The notes beneath the pieces were generated by a model. It was not told where the DNA came from and did no database searches. It worked only from the letters and a program-made list of their open reading frames with translations. A program made the translations under genes and the position numbers. This document shows, one piece after another, positions 47,541 to 59,616 of a DNA stretch of 64,000 nt (the stretch's first letter is position 1; every line of letters begins with the position of its first letter). Source of the DNA: Escherichia coli (GTDB lineage Bacteria; Pseudomonadota; Gammaproteobacteria; Enterobacterales; Enterobacteriaceae); the NCBI RefSeq assembly GCF_003790525.1, contig NZ_CP033635.1. One strand, 5' to 3'.

Positions 47541-49133
47541 TTACTCGATCCCTTTACTACGCAGATAATCTTCGTAATTACCGCTAAAGTCGATCACGCG
47601 TTCCGGGGTGATTTCCAGAATACGGGTCGCCAGGGAGCTTACGAACTCACGGTCGTGTGAAACAAAGATCAGCGTGCCCTGATACAGTTCCAGCGCCATG
47701 TTCAGCGACTCAATAGATTCCATATCCAGGTGGTTGGTCGGTTCGTCCATGATCAGAATGTTCGGCTTCTGCATCATTAACTTACCAAACAGCATCCGCC
47801 CTTTCTCCCCACCGGAAAGCACTTTCGCTGGCTTTTTGATATCGTCCTGGCTGAACAGCAAACGACCGAGAATGCTGCGTACCGCCTGCTCGTCATCGCC
47901 TTCCTGCTTCCACTGGCTCATCCATTCGAACACGGTCAGATCATTTTCGAACTCATATTCATGGTCCTGGGCGTAGTAACCAATGCGCGCGTTCTCAGAC
48001 CATTTTACGGTGCCGCTGTCCGGTTGCAGATCGCCCACCAGCGTTTTCAGCAGCGTTGATTTACCGACGCCGTTGGTACCCAGTACCGCCAGTTTTTCAC
48101 CGACTTCCAGCAGCAGGTTGAGATTTTTAAACAGTGGACCGTTATCAAACCCTTTGGTCAGACCTTCCACTTCCAGCGCGTTACGGAACAGTTTCTTATC
48201 CTGCTCAAAACGGATGAACGGGTTCTGACGGCTGGAAGCTTTCACCTCTTCCAGTTTGATTTTATCGATCTGGCGCGCACGCGAAGTTGCCTGGCGAGAT
48301 TTCGAGGCGTTGGCGCTAAAGCGGCTAACGAAAGATTGCAGCTCGGCAATCTGCGCTTTCTTCTTGGCATTATCAGCCAGCAGACGTTCACGCGCCTGGG
48401 TCGCCGCCGTCATGTACTCATCGTAGTTACCTGGATAAACGCGCAGCTCGCCGTAATCCAGATCCGCCATATGGGTACAAACCATGTTAAGGAAGTGACG
48501 GTCGTGCGAGATGATGATCATGGTGCTGTCACGCTCGTTCAGCACCTGTTCCAGCCAACGAATGGTGTCGATGTCGAGGTTGTTGGTCGGTTCGTCGAGC
48601 AGGAGAATGTCCGGATCAGCAAACAGCGCCTGCGCCAGCAGCACACGCAGCTTCCAGCCAGGAGCAACTTCACTCATCGGGCCGTAGTGCTGTTCCACTG
48701 GAATTCCCACGCCAAGCAACAGTTCACCGGCGCGAGCTTCCGCAGAGTAACCGTCCATTTCGCCGTATTTTACTTCCAGATCGGCCACTTTATAACCGTC
48801 TTCTTCGCTCATTTCCGGCAAAGCATAGATACGGTCGCGCTCCTGCTTCACTTCCCACAACTCTTTATGCCCCATGATCACCGTATCCAGCACGGTGAAC
48901 TCTTCAAAGGCAAACTGATCCTGACGCAATTTACCAATGCGCTCGTTGGGATCGAGGGAAACGTTACCCAGCGTCGGCTCTAAGTCGCCGCCGAGGATCT
49001 TCATAAAGGTGGATTTACCACTACCGTTCGCGCCAATCAGGCCGTAACGGTTGCCGCCGCCAAACTTGACGGAAATGTTTTCAAACAACGGCTTACTGCC
49101 GAACTGCATGGTGACGTTACTGGAAACTAACAC
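47541..49133 (-). CDS. ybiT: ABC-F family ATPase
   Basis: 530 aa; two ABC cassettes, no membrane domain. Confidence 0.9.
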
Positions 49134-49351
49134 AGGCGTATCCTGAAAAGAGATATGACAAACCGCGTATTATGCCATAAGTCTGAAAGAAGATCCCGTC
49201 CCCCGCTTAAGGTCTACACTCTTCCCAAAGGCAAAAAATGTGATTTCGTACACATCTGATTTCACTGTGAGCTGGAATGAACTTATAATGCGCTTCCAAT
49301 ACTCTAATATTCTCAACCCAATGGCCTGCCAGGCACAAAATCTCGCTTAAC

Positions 49352-50272
49352 ATGAATATGAAATTGAAAACATTATTCGCAGCGGCCTTCGCTGTTGTCG
49401 GCTTTTGCAGTACCGCCTCTGCGGTAACTTATCCTCTGCCAACCGACGGGAGTCGCCTGGTTGGTCAGAATCAGGTGATCACCATTCCTGAAGGTAACAC
49501 TCAGCCGCTGGAGTATTTTGCCGCCGAGTACCAGATGGGGCTTTCCAATATGATGGAAGCGAACCCGGGTGTGGATACCTTCCTGCCGAAAGGCGGTACT
49601 GTACTGAACATTCCGCAGCAGCTGATCCTGCCGGATACCGTTCATGAAGGCATCGTCATTAACAGTGCAGAGATGCGTCTGTATTACTATCCGAAAGGGA
49701 CCAACACCGTTATCGTGCTGCCGATCGGCATTGGTCAGTTAGGCAAAGATACGCCTATCAACTGGACCACCAAAGTTGAGCGTAAGAAAGCAGGCCCGAC
49801 CTGGACGCCGACCGCCAAAATGCACGCAGAGTACCGCGCTGCGGGCGAACCGCTTCCGGCTGTCGTTCCGGCAGGTCCGGATAACCCGATGGGGCTGTAT
49901 GCACTCTACATCGGTCGCCTGTACGCTATCCATGGCACCAACGCCAACTTCGGTATCGGCCTGCGTGTAAGTCATGGTTGTGTGCGTCTGCGTAACGAAG
50001 ACATAAAATTCCTGTTCGAGAAAGTACCGGTCGGTACCCGCGTACAGTTTATTGATGAGCCGGTAAAAGCGACCACCGAGCCAGACGGCAGCCGTTATAT
50101 TGAAGTCCATAACCCGCTGTCTACCACCGAAGCCCAGTTTGAAGGTCAGGAAATTGTGCCAATTACCCTGACCAAGAGCGTGCAGACAGTAACTGGTCAG
50201 CCTGATGTGGATCAGGTCGTGCTGGATGAAGCGATCAAAAATCGTTCCGGGATGCCGGTTCGTCTGAATTAA
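49352..50272 (+). CDS. ldtB: L,D-transpeptidase (YbiS)
   Basis: 306 aa; signal peptide; YkuD-domain catalytic motif (HGT...SHGCVR). Confidence 0.9.
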
Positions 50273-50330
50273 TCGTCAAAACGTAAAACAGAGGCGGACT
50301 CATCATCCGCCTTTTTTATTTGGCCAGACC

Positions 50331-51449
50331 CTAGTTGGCCGGGAGCATAACGAATAAAACGTATCCCACCAGCGCCGCCCACAACAGCATCGGTATCGAA
50401 TAAAGATGAAAACGCCACCAGATACGGCGATCGTTCGCCATCCGTAACGCAATCAAATTTGCCAGCGATCCGGGTAATAAACCAAAGCCCCCCACGTTTA
50501 CCGCCCATGCCAGCAGCAACGACGGCGGCACATAGTTCAGCAACAATATGGTACTCGGCACATTACTGATCACCTGCGATAAACCGATTGCCGTTAACCA
50601 TAATCCGGGTTCGGATAAATGGCTCACATTGCTCAACACGCCCTGCAAAGCTGGCAGTTGGGTCAGCAAATGGACGTCGATAAACATCGCCATAAATACC
50701 AGCAGCAGCGTCCAGTCCACACTCAACACCACGCGACGTGCCAGCAGCGCAAAGCCCGCCGCCACAATCACCAGTCCCCACAGCTCTTGTTTTAACTCCA
50801 GCGCCGTCAGAAAGACGATATACAGCCCCAGACAACTCCACACCAGCCGCGGTTTCCACTCCGGTGTTTGCACCCCCGTATGGTATTGGAGTGCCTTTCC
50901 AGGGAAACAACACCAGCACAACAGCAGGAGCGTCAGCATCATTGCGCCAGCCAGCGGTGCCATTTGGGCAATAAATCCGGCAAACGAAAGACCAGAACGT
51001 CCCCAGATAAGAATATTTTGCGGGTTGCCAATTGGCGTCAGTAGCGAACCCGCATTGACTGCCAGCGCCTCAAAAATAATCAGCCGATTAACCGGGATCT
51101 CACACAGTCTTTTTAGCGTGATAGTCAGCGGAACAACTATAAACAGCGCGACATCGTTGGTCAGAAAGGTAGAAAGCAGCGCCGCCGCCAGCACCATAAA
51201 CATCGCCAGCCGACGCTCCGTAGCAAAGCGGCGCACCATTTTGCGCCCCAGCACATCAAAATAACCGCTTAACTCCACACCTTTGGTCAGCAGCATCAGG
51301 CCGCTTAAGGTGATGATGGTGTGCCAGTCGATAGCAGCAGGCCAGGATTTCGGTGCAAAGGGCACGAAAAAGCTTAATCCGATACCAACAAGAATTAATA
51401 ACTGAAAAAAACGATCCCCTTGCAGCGTGCGTAAAAAAGGCAGGCTCAT
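50331..51449 (-). CDS. ybiR: Putative inner-membrane transporter YbiR
   Basis: 372 aa polytopic membrane protein; synteny. Confidence 0.85.
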
Positions 51450-51913
51450 TTGGCACCGTGTTTCTGGGTAAACAAACGAAAAGCGTCGAGCGTCTCTTCA
51501 CTGACATGGTGCTCCATGCCTTCCGCGTCGCGACGGGCGATTTCCGGACTGACGCCCAACACCAACAAGAAATTTTCGACTATCTGATGTCGCTCGCGGC
51601 TTTCCTGCGCCAGCTTCTCTCCTTCTGCCGTTAAAAACACGCCACGCCAGGGGATCATTTCAATCAGCCCCATGGTTGCCAGTCGCTTAAGCATTTTAGC
51701 CACCGTCGGTTGCGAAACTCCCAAACGAGCAGCCATGTCTACCTGACGAGCTTCCCCCACTTCCCTGATCAAGTCAGAAATCAGCTCAACGTAATCATCA
51801 ATAAGCTCGCGCCGATGCGCCTCTCTGACCTGGCGGAACCCTTCAACGTGCTCTTCCACGTTCACTAACTGCGTCACTTTTTTTGCTGTTGGCGTACCTG
51901 CGCGACGACTCAT
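51446..51913 (-). CDS. mntR: Manganese-responsive transcriptional regulator (DtxR family)
   Basis: 155 aa; DtxR-type HTH; overlaps the ybiR start. Confidence 0.9.
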
Positions 51914-52014
51914 TGTGCTTCCTCATTATGGTGACGCATACCTAGCGTTCTCATTTCGTGCGCACATTGTAAACCAGAGTTGCGAAGGTACAAAAAATTA
52001 ACGTTTTAGCAATA

Positions 52015-52029
52015 GCTATATAATATAGC
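52015..52029. promoter_or_regulatory. Candidate MntR operator palindrome in the mntS promoter
   Basis: gctatataatatagc near-perfect palindrome about 70 bp upstream of mntS; assignment to MntR is by inference. Confidence 0.45.
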
Positions 52030-52098
52030 CTGTGCTATATCTGTATGTAATGCAATCATCCCTCAAGGATCGACGGGATTAGCAAGTCAGGAGGTCTT

Positions 52099-52227
52099 AT
52101 GAATGAGTTCAAGAGGTGTATGCGCGTGTTTAGTCATTCTCCCTTTAAAGTACGGTTAATGCTGCTCTCTATGTTGTGCGATATGGTCAACAACAAACCG
52201 CAGCAAGATAAACCTTCCGATAAATAG
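52099..52227 (+). CDS. mntS: Small protein MntS (42 aa)
   Basis: ORF MNEFKRCMRVFSHSPFKVRLMLLSMLCDMVNNKPQQDKPSDK preceded by SD gaggt; too short for the ORF track. Confidence 0.8.
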   Translation: MNEFKRCMRVFSHSPFKVRLMLLSMLCDMVNNKPQQDKPSDK

Positions 52228-52262
52228 CGGCGTCGCGGTACGCCGCTTCACTCCTGCTTTTA
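52225..52262 (+). terminator. Rho-independent terminator of mntS
   Basis: gcggcgtcgcggtacgccgc hairpin followed by a T-rich tract. Confidence 0.7.
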
Positions 52263-52498
52263 TGCAGGCACAACGCGTTTTGGTCTGAAAAACCCCACTT
52301 TTTGTCGGATTTGCAATCCCCTTCGCGAAAGATTTGTTCGTCAGTAGTTGACCTGAACGGCGGCTCGCTCTATCTTCTTGCAGCCCTGCGTATATTGCGG
52401 CTCGCGGATGCGGACCCCTTTCCCCTCTTCACGCACTCTTGCAGGTATTGACCCTTGACGCCAGGGTAAGCACATGGCGTTTGTTACGATAGTGGCAT

Positions 52499-54082
52499 AT
52501 GAATTTAACCCTCAAAGACTCGCTTGTTACCCGTAGCCGGGTATTTAGCCCGTGGACTGCGTTCTACTTTTTACAGTCGCTATTAATTAACCTCGGCTTA
52601 GGTTATCCCTTCAGTTTGCTCTACACCGCTGCGTTTACGGCTATTTTGCTTTTGCTATGGCGAACATTGCCTCGCGTACAAAAAGTTCTGGTCGGTGTCA
52701 GTTCGCTGGTGGCGGCTTGTTATTTCCCTTTTGCTCAGGCCTACGGCGCGCCTAATTTCAATACATTGCTGGCATTGCACTCCACCAATATGGAAGAGTC
52801 GACCGAAATCCTGACGATTTTTCCGTGGTACAGCTACCTGGTCGGCTTATTTATTTTTGCGCTCGGCGTAATAGCAATCAGGCGAAAAAAAGAGAATGAA
52901 AAAGCGCGCTGGAATACCTTCGACAGCCTGTGTCTGGTATTCAGTGTGGCGACATTTTTTGTTGCTCCCGTGCAAAACCTGGCCTGGGGCGGCGTATTTA
53001 AACTGAAAGATACTGGCTATCCGGTATTTCGTTTTGCTAAGGATGTCATCGTCAATAATAACGAGGTGATCGAAGAGCAAGAACGGATGGCAAAACTTTC
53101 CGGAATGAAAGATACCTGGACGGTCACTGCCGTTAAGCCGAAGTATCAGACCTATGTGGTGGTGATCGGTGAAAGCGCGCGTCGCGATGCCCTCGGTGCC
53201 TTTGGCGGTCACTGGGACAATACCCCGTTTGCCAGCAGCGTTAACGGTTTGATATTTGCTGACTACATTGCCGCCAGTGGCTCCACGCAGAAATCGCTTG
53301 GCTTAACGCTCAATCGCGTTGTCGATGGCAAACCACAGTTTCAGGATAACTTTGTCACCCTGGCAAATCGCGCGGGCTTCCAGACCTGGTGGTTTTCCAA
53401 CCAGGGCCAAATCGGCGAATACGATACCGCCATCGCCAGCATCGCCAAACGTGCAGATGAAGTGTACTTCCTGAAAGAAGGTAATTTTGAAGCAGATAAA
53501 AACACGAAAGACGAAGCGTTACTGGATATGACCGCTCAAGTGCTGGCGCAAGAGCACTCGCAACCGCAGCTGATTGTTCTACATCTGATGGGCTCGCATC
53601 CGCAGGCCTGCGACAGGACACAAGGCAAATACGAAACCTTTGTGCAATCAAAAGAAACGTCGTGCTATCTCTATACCATGACGCAAACGGACGATTTACT
53701 GCGCAAACTGTACGATCAGTTACGCAACAGCGGCAGCAGCTTCTCGCTGGTTTACTTTTCTGACCACGGTCTGGCCTTTAAAGAGCGCGGCAAAGACGTG
53801 CAATACCTTGCCCATGATGATAAGTATCAGCAAAATTTCCAGGTGCCTTTTATGGTCATTTCCAGCGACGATAAAGCGCATCGGGTGATTAAAGCCCGCC
53901 GCTCAGCCAATGACTTCTTAGGTTTTTTCTCCCAGTGGACGGGAATTAAAGCGAAGGAAATTAACATCAAATACCCGTTTATATCTGAGAAGAAAGCCGG
54001 GCCGATATACATCACCAACTTCCAGTTACAGAAGGTAGATTACAACCATCTCGGAACCGATATTTTCGACCCGAAACCTTAA
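52499..54082 (+). CDS. opgE: Phosphoethanolamine transferase (OPG modification)
   Basis: 527 aa; N-terminal TM segments and sulfatase-like domain; synteny (ybiP). Confidence 0.85.
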   Translation: MNLTLKDSLVTRSRVFSPWTAFYFLQSLLINLGLGYPFSLLYTAAFTAILLLLWRTLPRVQKVLVGVSSLVAACYFPFAQAYGAPNFNTLLALHSTNMEESTEILTIFPWYSYLVGLFIFALGVIAIRRKKENEKARWNTFDSLCLVFSVATFFVAPVQNLAWGGVFKLKDTGYPVFRFAKDVIVNNNEVIEEQERMAKLSGMKDTWTVTAVKPKYQTYVVVIGESARRDALGAFGGHWDNTPFASSVNGLIFADYIAASGSTQKSLGLTLNRVVDGKPQFQDNFVTLANRAGFQTWWFSNQGQIGEYDTAIASIAKRADEVYFLKEGNFEADKNTKDEALLDMTAQVLAQEHSQPQLIVLHLMGSHPQACDRTQGKYETFVQSKETSCYLYTMTQTDDLLRKLYDQLRNSGSSFSLVYFSDHGLAFKERGKDVQYLAHDDKYQQNFQVPFMVISSDDKAHRVIKARRSANDFLGFFSQWTGIKAKEINIKYPFISEKKAGPIYITNFQLQKVDYNHLGTDIFDPKP

Positions 54083-54084
54083 AA

Positions 54085-54115
54085 ACAAAAATCCGCCCCG
54101 AGAGGCGGATTTTTT
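54085..54115. terminator. Bidirectional terminator between opgE and ompX
   Basis: aaaaatccgccccgagaggcggattttttat. Confidence 0.8.
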
Positions 54116-54130
54116 ATATCACCGAAGTGA

Positions 54131-54646
54131 TTAGAAGCGGTAACCAACACCGGCAATCCAGGTGCCTACGTCAACGCTACGAATACGGCTCTGCTCGTAA
54201 GAGAAGTCCAGAGCAACGTTTTCCATCGGGTTGAACTGCAGACCAGCACCGTAGGAGAAACCGTAGTCGCTGGTGTCGTGTTTGTAGGTCGGGTATTCAG
54301 TGGTCTGGAATTTACCATAACCCACACCCACTACACCGTAGATGCTTGCCCAGTCGTTAATGCGGTAAGCCGGACCAGCAGTGATGCCGTAGTACTGGTT
54401 TTTGTTGTAGTCACCAGAGCTTGCAGTACGGCTTTTCTCGGTGTAAGTGAAAGAACCGATCACACCCAGCGGGCTGTTGTCTTCTTCATAGCGGTATTTC
54501 AGGTTGAAACCGCCCATTTTGTTCATTTGGCCCTGAGCGTCGCTCTGTGCGTAACCGCCAGTTACAGTAGAAGTCGCAGCTACGGAAGTACCTGCGGTGA
54601 AAGCCAGAACTGCGGCCAGTGCTGAAAGACATGCAATTTTTTTCAT
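54131..54646 (-). CDS. ompX: Outer membrane protein X
   Basis: 171 aa from MKKIACLSALAAVLAFTAGTSVA; ends GVGYRF (beta-barrel C-terminal signature). Confidence 0.93.
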   Translation of the reverse strand: MKKIACLSALAAVLAFTAGTSVAATSTVTGGYAQSDAQGQMNKMGGFNLKYRYEEDNSPLGVIGSFTYTEKSRTASSGDYNKNQYYGITAGPAYRINDWASIYGVVGVGYGKFQTTEYPTYKHDTSDYGFSYGAGLQFNPMENVALDFSYEQSRIRSVDVGTWIAGVGYRF

Positions 54647-54998
54647 AACCACCTCAAATGTGATTCAAATAAGTCCTAAGTTTTAAATATATCAAAAATT
54701 AATGGGAAACTCTTCGCGATTTATGATGTCTAACGGGCCATTTCATGTAACAGAACGTTTCCATACACCGCTATCCATCTAAATTTAAATCACTTTTTCA
54801 GAGAACTGCGTAAGTATTACGCATGTTTTCCCTGTCATTCATCCAGATTATTCCTAATCACCAGACTAATGATTCCATCAATCCTGGCGCATTTTAGTCA
54901 AAACGGGGGAAAATTTTTTCAACAAATGCTCAACCAGCATTGGGTATATCCAGTACACTCCACGCTTTACTTAGGTTTAGATATTTGTGGGAGAAAGG

Positions 54999-55886
54999 AT
55001 GCCTGGTTCATTACGTAAAATGCCGGTCTGGTTACCAATAGTCATATTGCTCGTTGCCATGGCGTCTATTCAGGGTGGAGCCTCGTTAGCTAAGTCACTT
55101 TTTCCTCTGGTGGGCGCACCGGGGGTCACTGCGCTGCGTCTGGCATTAGGCACGCTGATCCTCATCGCGTTCTTTAAGCCATGGCGACTGCGCTTTGCCA
55201 AAGAGCAGCGGTTACTGCTGTTGTTTTACGGCGTTTCGCTGGGGGGGATGAATTATCTTTTTTATCTTTCTATTCAGACGGTACCGCTGGGTATTGCGGT
55301 GGCGCTGGAGTTCACCGGACCACTGGCGGTGGCGCTGTTCTCTTCTCGTCGCCCGGTAGATTTCGTCTGGGTTGTTCTGGCGGTTCTTGGTCTGTGGTTC
55401 CTGCTACCGCTGGGGCAAGACGTTTCCCATGTCGATTTAACCGGCTGTGCGCTGGCTCTGGGGGCCGGGGCTTGTTGGGCTATTTACATTTTAAGTGGGC
55501 AACGCGCAGGAGCGGAACATGGCCCTGCGACGGTGGCAATTGGTTCGTTGATTGCAGCGTTAATTTTCGTGCCAATTGGAGTGCTTCAGGCTGGTGAAGC
55601 ACTCTGGCACTGGTCGGTTATTCCATTGGGTCTGGCGGTCGCTATTCTCTCGACCGCTCTGCCTTATTCGCTGGAAATGATTGCCCTCACCCGTTTGCCA
55701 ACACGCACATTTGGTACGCTAATGAGCATGGAACCTGCGCTGGCTGCCGTTTCCGGGATGATTTTCCTCGGAGAAACACTGACACCCATACAGCTGCTGG
55801 CGCTCGGCGCTATCATCGCCGCTTCAATGGGTTCTACGCTGACAGTACGCAAAGAGAGCAAAATAAAAGAATTAGACATAAATTAA
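54999..55886 (+). CDS. rhtA: Threonine/homoserine exporter (DMT superfamily)
   Basis: Start refined to MPGSLRKMPVWL (295 aa); 10-TM EamA-type. Confidence 0.88.
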   Translation: MPGSLRKMPVWLPIVILLVAMASIQGGASLAKSLFPLVGAPGVTALRLALGTLILIAFFKPWRLRFAKEQRLLLLFYGVSLGGMNYLFYLSIQTVPLGIAVALEFTGPLAVALFSSRRPVDFVWVVLAVLGLWFLLPLGQDVSHVDLTGCALALGAGACWAIYILSGQRAGAEHGPATVAIGSLIAALIFVPIGVLQAGEALWHWSVIPLGLAVAILSTALPYSLEMIALTRLPTRTFGTLMSMEPALAAVSGMIFLGETLTPIQLLALGAIIAASMGSTLTVRKESKIKELDIN

Positions 55887-56011
55887 ATTTACATTTCTGC
55901 ATGGTTATGCATAACCATGCAGATTTTCTCGCTACTTTTCCTCTACACCGTCTTTATATATCGAATTATGCAAAAGCATATTTATTCCGAAAATTCCTGG
56001 CGAGCAAATAA

Positions 56012-56689
<678 letters not shown>

Positions 56690-56906
56690 ATCCATCGCTG
56701 ATGGTGCAGAACTTTAGTACCCGATAAAAGCGGCTTCCTGACAGGAGGCCGTTTTGTTTTGCAGCCCACCTCAACGCACTTATTTAGTGCATCCATCTGC
56801 TATCTCCAGCTGATTAAGTAAATTTTTTGTATCCATATCATCACACAATCGTTACATAAAGATTGTTTTTTCATCAGGTTTTACGCTAAATAATCACTGT
56901 GTTGAG

Positions 56907-56950
56907 TGCACAATTTTAGCGCACCAGTTTGGTGCCCCAGAATGGTGCAT
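56907..56950. promoter_or_regulatory. NtrC-type enhancer sites upstream of glnH
   Basis: gcaccagtttggtgc palindrome and flanking tgcac/gtgca half-sites, matching the TGCACC-N5-GGTGCA type. Confidence 0.6.
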
Positions 56951-57022
56951 CTTCAGGGTATTGCCCTATAAATCGTGCATCACGTTTTTACCGCATCTCG
57001 ATAAATCAATGAGTTGCAAAAC

Positions 57023-57040
57023 TGGCACGATTTTTTCATA
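57023..57040 (+). promoter_or_regulatory. Sigma-54 promoter of glnH (glnHp2)
   Basis: tggcacgattttttcata, GG/-24 and -12 spacing, about 55 bp upstream of the glnH ATG. Confidence 0.6.
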
Positions 57041-57077
57041 TATGTGAATGTCACGCAGGGGATCGTCCCGTGGATAG

Positions 57078-57839
<762 letters not shown>

Positions 57840-58056
57840 TAACGCTACGCCTGTAAGGCGCACTGGCAGTTCCCTCTCCCCTCTGGGGAGGATCTATTGA
57901 TATCAACTGATTTCAACAGAGCTAACCCCTCCCCCTTTAACCCCCTTTGAAATAAGATATCATCAGAAATTCCTTTTCTCTGGGGGTCAATCATATTCCA
58001 TGAACATCAAGATGATTTTGGGGGCTATTCTGGGGGCTACATTTCAGGGGTAACTC

Positions 58057-59250
58057 ATGCCACTTACTGTTCGACAAATTGAGTCGGCTAAACCTGCTGA
58101 CAAGGATTACAAACTTTCTGACGGTCAGGGCCTTTATCTTCTTGTCAAAAAATCCGGTGCCCGTTACTGGAATCTGAAGTACCGGTTTGCCGGTAAGGAA
58201 AAGAAACTGGTGATTGGTGTCTATCCTGACATATCACTGGCTCAGGCTCGTCAGAAGCGGGATGAAGCACGTAAACTTCTGGCTGAAGGTAAAGATCCGT
58301 CGTATGAAAAACAGGCGCGAAAACTTGCCATCAGGGAAAGTATGGCCTGCACATTTCGCACCATTGCAGAGGAGCTGCTTACTCATATGGCACGTCGATG
58401 GACAACAGGTTACCAGGCAGACCAGCGTGCAAGACTTGAAAATCATGTTTTCCCTGCTCTTGGAAACCGTCCTGTGACCGGGATCCGCCCCATGGAAATA
58501 CTGAACGTCCTGAGGACTATAGAAGAACAGGGAAAACTTGAAGCACTGCGTAAAACACGCCAGCTCTGTGCGCAGGTTTTTGATTATGCCATAGCAACAG
58601 GGCGTGCAACCGTTAATCCGGCATCGACACTCAGCGGGGTACTGCTTCCTCCTGAAAAACAACAGCGCAGGACGCTTTCTGAAGAACAGATAGGAGCTTT
58701 CATGTATCAGATAACGGCTTCCGGAAATCTGATGTCGCTGGCAACGCGGATGCTGGTTCTGACCGCTGTTCGCACCGGAGAACTGCGACTGGCAACCTGG
58801 GACGAAATTAATTTCACGGAGGCCCTGTGGGTTATTCCGAAAGAAAGAATGAAAATGCGACGACCGCACGTTGTGCCGCTTTCACGGCAGGTACTGGCGT
58901 TACTGGAGGAGATAAAAACACGCACTGAATCGCGTAATTCCGCCTTTATTATTCCTGGTGCATTCAGAAAAGATCTCCCGCGAAACCGCAAGTGTATCAA
59001 TGAATTCCTTGAGCAGTCAGGCTGGCATGCCCTGACAACAGCCCACGGATTTCGTCATACCTTCAGCACCATTCTCCATGACCATGATTTCAGCTCAGCC
59101 TGGATTGAACTCCAGCTTGCTCATGTTGATAAAAACGTCATGCGTGGCACTTATAACCATGCGCAATATCTGGATGGACGTCGTGAAATGATGCAGTGGT
59201 ACGCTGATTACATTGATTCACTTATGGAGAAAAACGTAAAAACGAAATAA
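58057..59250 (+). CDS. Tyrosine recombinase, P4 / CP4-57-type integrase
   Basis: 397 aa; N-terminus (AKPADKDYKLSDGQGLYLLVK...YWNLKYRF) typical of P4-family integrases; C-terminal catalytic region HGFRHTF...LAH...Y. Confidence 0.9.
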   Translation: MPLTVRQIESAKPADKDYKLSDGQGLYLLVKKSGARYWNLKYRFAGKEKKLVIGVYPDISLAQARQKRDEARKLLAEGKDPSYEKQARKLAIRESMACTFRTIAEELLTHMARRWTTGYQADQRARLENHVFPALGNRPVTGIRPMEILNVLRTIEEQGKLEALRKTRQLCAQVFDYAIATGRATVNPASTLSGVLLPPEKQQRRTLSEEQIGAFMYQITASGNLMSLATRMLVLTAVRTGELRLATWDEINFTEALWVIPKERMKMRRPHVVPLSRQVLALLEEIKTRTESRNSAFIIPGAFRKDLPRNRKCINEFLEQSGWHALTTAHGFRHTFSTILHDHDFSSAWIELQLAHVDKNVMRGTYNHAQYLDGRREMMQWYADYIDSLMEKNVKTK

Positions 59251-59616
59251 GCCATCACCCCCACCAACCACAGCGGTTGGTGGGGAGTTAACTACCATTT
59301 GTATTTTTTGATTTCTGCCTTCAGGCGACATACTCAATATCATCTGATGAGCGAAGATACCCCACCCAAAATGATGGTAGCTTCACATCGTCATTTTCAT
59401 ATAGCAGCACACTGCTGTTCTGACCTCGTAGTCACATTTCTACAGCATCATTACCAGTCAGGCTGATTGCTCCTCATTGAAAGAATGAATCCATGACTAA
59501 CACAAAAATAGCTCTGGCCGGCTGTTACCGGTGTGAGAAGAAACTTGATACAAACTGCCGTGGGCTTTATTCTTGGAGAACTATAAGTTTTTCCAGATTT
59601 ACAACAGATTCAGCAT

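Noticed and set aside
47439-47660. 73-aa plus-strand ORF across the REP region and ybiT 3' end
   Set aside because: Overlaps REP palindromes and the antisense strand of ybiT; no independent coding evidence
57980-58050. Repeated ctggggg / ttggggg tracts considered as a possible mini-array of repeats
   Set aside because: Only two or three short imperfect copies with irregular spacing; not consistent with a CRISPR array or an iteron set
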